A stretch of DNA of 64,000 nucleotides, taken from contig CM052816.1 in NCBI GenBank assembly GCA_028534125.1, forward strand, positions 69,256,001-69,320,000. The letters are read 5' to 3'. The notes beneath the pieces are model-generated. The model saw only the letters and a list, made by a program, of their open reading frames with translations. It had not been told where the DNA came from and ran no database searches. Positions 53,346-64,000 of this stretch are shown here, in pieces; the first letter of the stretch is position 1; each line of letters opens with the position of its first letter. The translations under genes were made by a program, and so were the position numbers. This stretch comes from Lama glama. Its lineage: Eukaryota.

Positions 53346-54199
53346 TAGGAGAGACTGAGAGAGGAATCCTTTAAAGTTTTATCAACTCATTTGCAGATAT
53401 TTATTAAAAGACAGGGAATAGTTTAAAAAACAACAACAATAACAAAAAACAGATGAATAAATAGGAGCAAGGAAATTTCAATAAAAAGGCTCAGCAAGGA
53501 CAGACGTGGTACTGCAGGGGCCCCCTGGACCCCCAGCAGGCAGAGCACAAAGCACAGTGGAGGCCCAGTCATGGAGAGCAGTGCATCAAGTGTTTACACA
53601 TTAGGGAGAGGGAAGGAATCCAAGAAAATCGTGAACAGTCTGTTAAAGTTTGTCAATTCAGTTTGCAAATATTACGTGGCAGCATCCTGACCAGGCAGTG
53701 CAGGAGGTCCCCAGGGTAGACAGAGAGACCTCTACGTTGCAGATGCCAGCATGAGTCAGAGGTAGCACCGTGGCAACCAGGCAGACACCGCCGCGCCGAG
53801 TGCGAGACAAGACCCTCAGGCCATGACCAGGGTGGCCCATCTACTGCTGAAATACAGGTGTGTGCACCCAGAACCATGGAAGTCAATTTTCTGTGTCAGA
53901 CCTCTCGTCAGCTCTTGTACCTGGGGGCAGTGATGGAGTGGCCCCTAGGAACTTAAAATAAGAAAGAGTATTCTCTGAGAGTTGAGTTACAAAATCAATA
54001 CTTAATAGAAGAGTCGTGCTAAGGAGAATGAATGGCTCTTGAATCAGCAAGATAGATTGTTAAGTTGTTAAGTAAGAATTCATCAGTCAAAAAGGATGGT
54101 CATCAGCCATGGAGGCTTAGGAAACAAGGAAGGCATTGATCCTGTGCTTGCTAAGTTCCACACTGGGGACACGGGCCCTGGTCAAGGGGCTCGACCCAA

Positions 54200-54948
54200 C
54201 TGTCCTCAGCCTCCACTGCCTCCATCCTAGTGTGGGCCCCCATCGTGTCTGGATTATCACATAGCCTCCTAACTGGTCTCTCTGCTTCTGCCTTGCCACG
54301 CTCAATGAGGGGCTAAAGTCACCCAGTCACAACATAAGGCAGATAGTGCTCTTTTCCACTCAGACCCTCCAAGGGCACCCTTCTTACTCAAAGTAAAAGC
54401 CAAAGTCCTCACAACAGCCTATATGTGGCCTTCTGCGACCTGGATTTCCTACCTCTAGGCTTCTTCTCCTCCTACTTAGCCCTACACCACCACTACCCCT
54501 ACCCCCTCCTCCCCATCCCCATCCCACACTGCCTCCCTGCTGTGCTGCAAACCTGGTAGGTGTGCTCCTGCCTTGGGGCCTTTGCACTTGCTGTCCATGT
54601 TCTGTAATGTTCTTCCCCTGAGTGTCCACGTGGCTCACTCTCAGGTCCTTCAGGTCTTTACACCAGGCTGGGAGGCCTGTCCCAACCACCTTATTTAAAG
54701 GAACAAATTCTCCCACCTCTCACTGCTCATACTCCCCAACCCATCCCAGTGTATTCTTCTATATGCCACTTCCATCCTCTAAATATCATATATTTCACAA
54801 GTACTTTTAGTTATTATGTCTCCCACAGTAGAGTGTCTATCTCTGAGGGCTGGGGTGTTGGTTGGTCTTGTTCACTGCTGCATTCCCAGTGCCTTAAACA
54901 ATGCCTGGAAAACACGCATTCAGTAAATACTGTTGAACAAGTGAATGA
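54200..54948 (+). mobile_element. L2a 3' region
   Basis: agcctcctaactggtctctctgc...aaagccaaagtcctcacaacagcc...gggcctttgcacttgctgt...ttcactgctgcattcccagtgcct...cagtaaatactgttgaacaagtgaatga. Confidence 0.85.
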
Positions 54949-55869
54949 GGGTCCAGGATATCTCTACTGTGCCAATGGCTTCATCCAGCTTTCGAAGGTA
55001 AGTGACTCAAATGTGTTGATGTTGGGGTAATTCCCTTTTTCACAGCAACTTTTTAATGATGATTTGGTTTCCCACAGGGTAAAGCAGGAAAGGATGTGCT
55101 AGTCAGAAGGCTTGTAGTCTGGTTCCATTCAAAGTTTTCATATTGAAGGAGTGAAAGAATCAGAGTGATGATATATGACTTTTCATCTCATTTGGAGCTT
55201 CAGTCTCTAAATGGCTCTGTTGGTGGTAAGTTCCTAGTCTTGACCTGTGACACCCCTTGGCCACTTGCTCAGAGGCCAGTTTTCCTGATTCCTGGAGCTC
55301 AGCTTGGAACTTTCAAACTGCCAGTTGTGTTTAGGGAGAACACACAGCAGCAACCTGGCACATATGGATTTGATAGTCAAATGACTGCCGACCACAGAGG
55401 GGTGGGTAGGGTGTAACCTGTGGTCCTGGTTCTGGGCATCGCTCTGAATGGGGCCGGCTGCACAGAAGCAGGCCCGCAGCTGGAATAAAGCGGGCACTTC
55501 AGCTGGCCCCACCAATCTCCTCCTATGGCCAATGCGTCCGTTCTCCTGGAACCAGGACACAGGTCTTTGTGGAGAACAGCCCTCCCGAGAAGGCCAGTCA
55601 CTTGTGCTGGTGGTACAAACGCAGAGGGCTAGCATTTTGCCATTTTGTTTCTTTCATAAAATGCAATTTAGTGGGATTTGCAACCCTCGTGAGTCACAGA
55701 GGTCCTCTGTTCTCCAGGCACAGTTCTCCTGCATTTACGCCCCACGCCTCTCACGCTGCCGGGTCTTGGGGAGATGAGGACAGAGACAGCGCTGGTCCTC
55801 AGGCAGACTATCCCACCACCTCCTCTTCAGCTCAAGGGCATGTGCTTCTGTCCTCAAGTAGGTTGTAAA

Positions 55870-56100
55870 GTGATTAGTAATGAGAGCTATGGGGTCAGGT
55901 GACCCTGGAGTCAGATGACCTGGGTTCAGATCTCAGCTCTGCCTCTTTCTGGCTGTTGTGACAATCACGAATGTCAAGAGGCCCGTTTCTTTGTCTGTCA
56001 AAAGGTTTTGTAAGTGAGTTCCTTAGATAAAATAACATATGTAATGGTGGGTAATAGTACCATACCTAGAGCAGAATACACACTCGATGTGTAAGTGGTA
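55870..56100 (+). mobile_element. MIR SINE
   Basis: ggagtcagatgacctgggttcagatctcagctctgcc. Confidence 0.65.
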
Positions 56101-58039
56101 GGAAAAAGAAATCAAAATCAGCTCAGGATCTAAGGGTGCTTAGTTGCTAAATGTCATCACAAAAGTGACAGTAGTGTAGAGAAGGGGCCAGACATAGGGG
56201 TTAGAGCATTGTTGGAAGACTTCACAGGGCAAGGAGGAAGACAAAAGAATAACTTGTACCAGAGAGCAACAGACTACGGTTTGGTCACACCTCTCTGTAC
56301 AGTGCACTTTACATGGTCTTGTAACAGTACACTTCCTAATGCTGCTGGATTTCAGCATGGAATAACATGATGACGACTGATTTGGTCACCATTGTGAGTC
56401 CATTGTTTGCATGAGATTGTTCCTCCTATGCTTGGGCAATCTGTTTCCAGGTCTCAGAGGGTTTGGCACAGAGCTATTGCTCCAACCTCCTTTTTACTTT
56501 TTTTTTTTTTGACTAGTCCCTTTGTCAATTTTAACATTTATCTTTCACTATTTTTATTTTTAAAATAGAAAATACATTCTTCAATGATTCAAAGATATAA
56601 AAAGGCATAACATAAAAATCTCCTTCCCATCCCTACCCCACAGCCACCCAGTTCTGAGACTCCAAAGCAAACAATGTTACCTTGTTACCTATTGTTTGCC
56701 TCTACTTTCAGAAATAATCTAGGCATATATAAGCAAATATAATTATCTTCTCTTTTACTCAAAGGGTAGCATATAAAAAAATATTGTTCTGCCCTTTTCT
56801 TTTTGTCATGTAATTTTTGGCGGTGGGAGAATTCTGTATTGGTGTATGAAGTTTTTTTTTTTAGACTGACACCTATGGTTTTTAATCCTTCAGATAACTG
56901 TGTAATTTATCACAGGATTGCCTGTCACGATGGGTACCTAAAAAGTCAAAATTTCCTCCCATGGATTCTAGAATAGGTATTAAAAAGCACCATTTGTTCA
57001 GAACCTCCCCCCATCTTTTTCCCCCCAGAATTATAGGTTTTGCTTTCCCCATAGGTATTTTGGTTCAGATAAAGGACACAGCTCATGGACTTGGTTTCAC
57101 ACAGCTGCAGCCTTGTACTGAACATGCAACTGGCACCTCACTACTCCAGCTGGTTCAGAACAAGTTCACAACCTGAGGCCAGGGCATTAGAAAGTGATCA
57201 AAACTACAGACGCTGAACACCAACACATAGATTAAAACATCAAAGGTTTTAAGCTGAATCTAATTTACTAAATCCTAAACTATACTCCAATTTTTAAAAA
57301 AGATTTTTCTCCCTAAGGGAACCATTTCAATCAAAACCTAAAACTTTGCATTTTCTAAAACTGTTAGGTTTAACAAAAGCAGAACCACTGTGTTGTCTAA
57401 TCAAACTTGGTCTATACCGATGTTCTATTTGATTCAGAACATGGTTGCTCACAAAGCCATTCAGAGGCATTAAATTCAGCTTCCCAGAGTGAAGGCAATG
57501 ATTGTCATTTAGAAATGTGTTGCATGGCATGAGATCAGGGCTGTGTGCTGCCTCTCTTTGTCCTAGGCCTCAAGTACATATTTTTATAAGGTGTGAAAAC
57601 AGCAGATGTCAATAAAATCATGATTAATTTGGTGAACAAAAACAGAATTCTGAGCTGTCTTCTTCAGATATTCTGGTTTGAACTAGAGGGCAGCCTCCCA
57701 AACATACTGGTATTTAGCACTTCAAGACCAAGTAGGGAGCCTTACAGCACAGGGCTCTGGAGAGCTGAGCCCCTACCCACCCTAGCAGGAGTTTGGTGAG
57801 TCTGAGAAGCAGGGAATTAGGCTTTTAGGCAGAATATGCAAGGATGCTGTGCAAGGGTTCTGGGATTCTGGAGGGGAGTTTGGACCAGAGGCCAGGTTGG
57901 ATGGAGTTGGTAAAGGAAGGTGCAAGGTGAGACAGCCACGGCTGACAGCAGTGTGGATTCTTTACAGCTGATCTGAAGTTCTTATTATTTAAACTCTTCA
58001 TCTCATCCCTTCTCACATAATCACAGATGATCTTTATCG

Positions 58040-58460
58040 TTCTCACTCTTGCCATGCATTGGGCTCAGGGCTTTTCCTGTGTCATTCAGTTCTCGCAGTA
58101 TTTCTGTGAAGACGATACTCTGTCCCATTACAGATAGAAAACTGGCTCAGAGAGCTTGAGTGACCAGCTCAAGGTCACACAATGTTTGGGAACATTGCTA
58201 TCTTTTACTAAGTACCTACTTCTGGAATTTGTATCACTTCCTATGGTTGTTATTTAGAAGGGAATACTGCCAAATGGTTAAGGACTATACATACTGGTTA
58301 ATCTAATATTCTCAATAAGTCAATAAAATCTAAGTTGGCCTAGCATACAACTGAGGAAACTGTGGCTCACAGATGGGCTGGTGAGTTGCCTGAGGTCACT
58401 CAGAGTAGAGAAGCTAGGGTGTGACCCCTGGCTCCAATGCGGTGCCTTTCTCACTGATGT
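58040..58460 (-). mobile_element. Two MIR fragments (about 58040-58190 and 58350-58460)
   Basis: cccattacagatagaaaactggctcagagag...ctcaaggtcacaca and tgaggaaactgtggctcac...ttgcctgaggtcactcag. Confidence 0.65.
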
Positions 58461-59689
58461 GCTGGGTCAGCTTCCCCACTATGCTCCCAGAGAAGTCCAA
58501 CAACTCAGCAGCTATTAAGCCCTGAGAGCCATTTCCTGGAGTGACTGAAAATTTAAAGCACTAGAAAAATAAAATCTGGTGCATGTGGCCACTTCAAACT
58601 TAGGAATCATTTCCAGGTATAACATACATCTTGTGTGTTTCTAAGCCCTTTTAATGCAACTTCATGGACTTTGGGTACAAGCTCACCCAAGGAAGCTGAA
58701 CTGTCCTTTAATAAAACAAGCCACTTTTAGAAGTTCCATCTCGGTCACCAGCATGATGGGATTGGGACATCCTCGGAATCAGGGCCAAGTAGGAAGAACT
58801 CGTCATCCCTAGAAAGGCTTTAGCCGTCACCCAATCCCAGATTCACAGGCCATCAGCTCAGAGGCCTGGGGCAGAGGCAGATCCTCAGCTGGGTCTTTCC
58901 AGGTCCCTGCCCCCAGTGCCCTAGCATAGCACCCTTCTGTACTCTGCCCAGAAGTCTACTCACCACTTCTCAAACTCACCAGAGCTTACTGCGTGAGGAA
59001 TTCTCTTGCTTCTACATGTGACCAAGGGGAGCTTGTCACGGGTAACTCTGACCCTGACCAAGTGAAATTAAACATTTAACTTGAAATTAGTTCCTATGGT
59101 TTCCTTTCTACCCTCACACATCCTTTAAAAGAACCTCTCCTCTCAGCACCCTCACCACCACCCTGTCCAGGCCACAGCTGATGTGTCCAGTTTGGTCAGG
59201 TGTCCACCACTGGCCCAAGGAAATCTGTGACTACAAGATGGCTTGGTTGTTTTAGATGTATTAGAAGATGCAGAAAAAGCCAAGCCATAGGAAGAAAAAT
59301 AAATAAAATGGACCCATAAAGAAGATAAATTGACAGATTACAAAGCCCCACATAGAGGGCAAGCTTACTTCTAGATGGGACTTTTGGCCACGTGTGGGAG
59401 TCACCAGTCCCTGTACCCATCCATGACCCTTTCCATTTCAAATTAGGCTAGTTTGAGCTGGCCTGTTTCTGGCAACCAACAGTGATGGTCCCCAACAGAG
59501 ACAGTGTGTGAAGTACTTTATTTAAAGTACCTACTATGTGTCAGGTGCTGGACTCATGGTATCTATTATTTCAAAACATCTCACTCACAATTTACTGCTA
59601 TATGCTTAATAGTTACTGAAGTTAGTAACAGAAGCAGGTACTCAGTGGGACCACCCAAATGGTTTATGGTTTTAAATCAAACTTACTAC

Positions 59690-62600
59690 AGAGTTTTGTG
59701 AACAATTTATACAGCAACTGCAGATGGAAGCTTAAGACAGTCAACACACGCTTCTATTTTTCTGTTTAAGTCTTTCACAGTAAATAAATGCCTCCTTGAC
59801 TACTGGAGAATAAATAATTATAATATTCCATTGAAGTTGAGAAATATAGCAACCTTTGTTAATTTTTTAAAGATAAACATGGCTGATCTGCACTAATCAT
59901 AACATTTTGAAGGAAATGAAACAATATTCAACATTTTTAGTCTATAAATAAATAGTACCCTGTTTTACTTATTCTGTTAGCCAAAGATAAGGTTGGAAAT
60001 GAGAAAACTGGATAATGCTTGTGGATTTAAAAGAATCATACACAGTATTTGATTCTGAGGAAATGAAGGCATAGTCAATGAACTTAGTAAAGACATTAAA
60101 GGTTTATACATAAACTTTACATGCTTGACTTGAGAGACTAAAATATTTTTCAAGTCCTTAATGGTGAGAACAGCAGCAAAATTCCAGACAATTAAAAATC
60201 AGTATTTAAGAATCTGCTGTATTCTTATGAATAAATGTAAGACAACTGGATCGCTAAAGCCCAAGAAAATCCCAGTTACAACTCTACTCAAGCCAACAAG
60301 CACTGACTCTCCGTTTCACTTTCAAATGTGTTCCCTTCTCCTGGGTTTAAAGTGTTCCTTCAGATGTAACAGCCTAGAAGAGTAAAGGGGTTCCCAAGTA
60401 CGGCTGGAGAACCAGTCTCACTGCATTATAGCTGCAGCACATAAACGACTTTGTCAGTAAAATACTAAAACCGGGCTCCAGAGGACGCCCTCCTGTTCTA
60501 AATACACCATATAGCAGAATTATAAACTACAGAAATAAAGACATAATGGCATAAAGGGCATGATAGTTTATTTTAAAAAATTGTACCACTCTGATCATAA
60601 TGACCAGCATACACATTATGATGGCTTTTCTCTTGGGTATTAACATTGCAGTATGTTTGTATACTGAAATGTTTCAATAGGACCAAGAACGTTAGAGAAA
60701 TAAAGATCTTAGATGAAAATGAACACTAATAATTCTGGTGTCCTACCCCACAGAATTAATTTAAACCCCTTATGAATCAGTGGCATTATAATGTTATATA
60801 GTTATGAAAAATGAAAGTTTCCTTCTAAATAGGCAGCATGAACTTATACTTTCTTGTTCTTTCATCTTTAGTTTTTATAATTTAAGCTATGTCCACCCTG
60901 GCCAAAGCACAATCATACAAGACACCTCAGATAATTTCCATGCTACCATCGCACAAGTTTAGTGATTCTCCTTAAAAGAAAAAAAAAAAAAAGTCAAACC
61001 ACCATCAAACAAGAAGGCAAATAGAACTGATTTTCAAATCATTTGACAAGCATACTGCTTATTTGTCCAATAGACTCAAACTTAAATGCTATAAGTATAA
61101 TCTCCAAACTTCTGTAATAAAATTAACATTTATATATATGGGTTTTGTTTATAGAACTGCATTTTGCAATCAACAGGAGAAAGTTAACTTTTTAGAGAAC
61201 AATGTATTTGGTTATAGTTTCACATGTCGGTAGTAGAGACAAAGCCACATGATGTTAAATCTGGCTCTAAGTTACCTAAGGTATAAAATTTTGATCAGAA
61301 TTATGATACTCTGATCTTAAAAATTCAACCCATGTGGGATTACTTTTTAGAGTAAATGTGCTGTTGAGTATTCACTTCAATAACCTTCTCTTTGTATGAC
61401 TACCTGCAAATTGACCCTTTTCTTTTAATTAGTGTGACTCACTAACATTTCAAACTGACCTCTTTACTTCCATGTTACCATTTCAATACCCAGGGATTTC
61501 TGAGGCAGCATACGTTTGACTTCATCAAAAACAGTAGATACTTTAATCTTTCAGTGACAATTTTTAAATCTGTAAACTCAAGAATCACATTACTGAGCTC
61601 AGCAACTATAAAAACGTTGAGATTTTGGTGTTTCAAGCCAGAACCTCTTTGTGCTTTTTAAATTAAGCTGCTTTTGAATCTTTTTTGGTATTTATTAGCC
61701 ATTTGTTTTTCCCTTATAATAATAAAAGAATATACTCAAAATAATTTTAAAGGTTAAATGTCCTGGGGGCTTACCAATACTTTAAAAAAATTACTTTTTT
61801 CCGTCAGCATTTGGAATAGTAGAAATTATTTCTGGTCCCTCCTTAGATCAACCAACACTACTTTTCATCACGTATAACACTGAATTTTACAGACATCCCT
61901 GAAAAGTTTTTGATTAAGTAAACGAGTGAATCACAGTGGAGTCTCAATCAGTTAACAGTGTAGATCCATTAAAAAAAAATCATACTGAATATTAAAAGAA
62001 AATCTTCAAGCTAAAAAAAAAAGAAAGAAAAACAAAGGAAAAGAAAACCCTCCTAAGAAACAAAACTGAGTGTGTGTCGTCACTGATTCTGTGCTCATGT
62101 CCCCAGCTGATTAGACTCCTTCTCCAGGTTATAAGACATGTTCGACTCCATCTCCACGCCAAGTCTCCACGACACCTGAGTGAAGAGGCTATGCTACTGT
62201 AGCATCTAAGGGAACAGAGTGGCACCATTTCTTCCCTAACAGACACTATATCCAAAGATGAGCAGGCGTCTCCCTCCACTGCGCTCACCAGCGTGTATCA
62301 GAAGACAAAACTCGCTGGGCAAGCTGATGACAGCTGATCCTCCCAGCCCACCCCCAGCGCCAGTAGGAGGTTCCCGGCAGTTTGTCATTATGTACACTGG
62401 CCTTTCACTCTTTCAATCAGAAAAGTTGTGGTTACTTTAAAATAAAAGAAAGAGGGGTGGGGGCGGGGTGCAGAAATGAAAAACCAAGAGTCTAAAGGCA
62501 CAAAGTCGCATAGCTGCTCTAGTTGGAGTTTGTAAACAGAGAACAGGTTGAATTTCGGTAATCCCAATCTATGAGAGTAAAAAGGCATCCACAGCAGGCT

Positions 62601-62961
62601 TTTACCCAGCCAGCTTCTTTGAGACCCTTCATGGGTTTTGAGGTCTACAAAGTATGCACTAAAATACCCATACTTCAAAAAGCAATAAGGCAAATAGTAT
62701 AATCATTATTCCAAAAGTTACAATGGTAGTGTAGGCATACATAGTATAATTTAGTTACAATGTGTGGTACTGTTTCTATTATATAACCATATTAACTGTT
62801 TCTTTCCTACAGAATTATATATTCAGCCGAGTTTCAGTTGAACACAAAACCATCCTTGTACCACTGCTGATAGTTGGCAATAGCTCTTTGATAGCAGTTT
62901 TTATTCTGCTGTAGAAATTATCCTTGAACTGAAAAAAAGTCCACAATCCAACAACCAGTCA
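59690..62961 (-). other. SNX18: SNX18 3' UTR (distal end uncertain)
   Basis: AT-rich stretch directly after the stop codon with no recognisable transposons, ending at a MIR-like fragment near 59510-59660. Candidate poly(A) signals: AATAAA at 60572-60567 and TATAAA at 59711-59706. Confidence 0.65.
60567..60572 (-). terminator. Candidate polyadenylation signal AATAAA of SNX18
   Basis: tttatt on + strand; on the minus strand it is followed by a U/GU-rich segment (tatgtctttatttctgtagttt). Confidence 0.55.
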
Positions 62962-63215
62962 TTAAACACTATCATATTTGTGAAGAGCCTCCTCCAACTT
63001 CTGCGTCACTTTTTGGAAAAATATTATTTGTTGTTGTAAGAAATGCTGCATCTGTGATTTAAAGTCTCTTACTCGAATTTGATGGAAATGGTGAATTTCA
63101 GCCAAAGTGGCAAAAGAAATAGTGTTACAGCGATCTTGAATGCCATCAGCCTTTTGGACCTCCATCTTCCCTTCTTCCACGTGTCGCCTACTCTCCTTTA
63201 CTTTGGTAAGAGCTC
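62962..63215 (-). CDS. SNX18: Sorting nexin 18, last coding exon (C-terminal BAR domain)
   Basis: Minus-strand acceptor ...ttttttttaaactacag|GA GCT CTT ACC (AG at 63217-63216, phase 1). Translation (G)ALTKVKESRRHVEEGKMEVQKADGIQDRCNTISFATLAEIHHFHQIRVRDFKSQMQHFLQQQIIFFQKVTQKLEEALHKYDSV, then TAA at 62964-62962. I recognise this as an SNX9-family BAR C-terminus, and the HKYDSV ending as SNX18. Confidence 0.93.
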
Positions 63216-64000
63216 CTGTAGTTTAAAAAAAATAATAATTAAAAAATATACGTATCCCAGTGGTATAGCTATGTAGTAAGCAGAATCTTGGGCATTATAA
63301 ATATTTGCCTAAACTATTTTAAAGTCCTCTGGAATTTAAAGGGATGACTGTAATTACGTATTTAAAAAGAAGAAATCTGGCAAAGTTTCTGAAAAACACC
63401 TCCATTACTGCAATTTCACCTATTAAAACTAGGTTTTGCCACTGACCAAAGAGCGACAGTATGTTTCATCTCTTCCAAGTAAAGTTACTATATATAAAAG
63501 ATAATAAGGAACTGTCCTTAAAAAGACAAACCAAGAAACTCTGCATTTTTAACATTCTTAAGAAAAAGGATGTGACACCATTACATGCACGCATATTAAG
63601 AGAATTATCTATAAAAATAATAACCCACAGAGGATACAAACCCACTTCCTGGGAAAGTCTCACTAAAGAATTACTGTCTAAGACTCCAGAACTAGACACT
63701 AAAACATGTTAGCACCAACTCAGTTTGTGTTTTCATGCTGTGTCATGGAGGGGGCTTGGCGATGCTGCCAATCTACAGCTGGAGGCCGCCCTCACTGTGG
63801 TGGCCCAAGCTTGTGTCTCGCTGGCAGTGAAGAGGGGATACTGTGCACATGCCTGATTCTGACTCCACATTCTGTCAGGAGACCCATACCTGGAGCACGA
63901 GGGCCCTTTGAAGTAAGAATTTGCCTCCTTTTCGTTAGCAGCTGTAAAGACCTGAGTTTTGGGTCTGCTTTATGATGGCCAGGGAATGATGCCAGAGGTA
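63216..64000 (-). other. SNX18: SNX18 intron (3' part)
   Basis: U-rich tract and CAG acceptor immediately upstream of the exon; SNX18-like coding similarity stops at the acceptor. Confidence 0.85.

Noticed and set aside
62962..63180. 72-aa ORF as a stand-alone small gene or SNX18 retrocopy
   Set aside because: The 'start' is an internal GTG (Val). The frame extends to a canonical splice acceptor at 63216 where similarity stops, which indicates a true terminal exon.
1..64000. A novel multi-gene biological system
   Set aside because: Only one coding exon is supported. I saw no compositional break suggesting foreign (microbial, viral coding or mitochondrial) DNA, and the rest is explained by ordinary mammalian repeats and intergenic sequence.

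Overview
Mammalian genomic DNA, most likely from a camelid. This is inferred from two tRNA-derived SINEs resembling the camelid Vic-1 family and cetartiodactyl-type L1 3' ends, with no Alu, Bov-tA or PRE-1 seen. The only protein-coding sequence I can support is the last coding exon of SNX18 (minus strand, 63215-62962, BAR-domain C-terminus ...LEEALHKYDSV*), preceded by intron (63216-64000) and followed by an AT-rich 3' UTR of about 2.4-3.3 kb. The remaining ~59 kb is repeat-rich intergenic DNA downstream of SNX18: L1, L2, MIR, MaLR/ERV LTRs, MER DNA transposons, SINEs and microsatellites. I found no evidence of a new multi-gene system. The most notable items are a likely L1-mediated 3' transduction inside an MLT1D LTR (51288-51794), a solo ERV LTR with a CCAAT array and octamer nested in an L1, a CpG-retaining patch on an old LTR, an orphan poly(A)-site architecture, and several short local duplications. 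Repeat family names come from recall of consensus sequences, not from a search, and the boundaries of old repeats are approximate.
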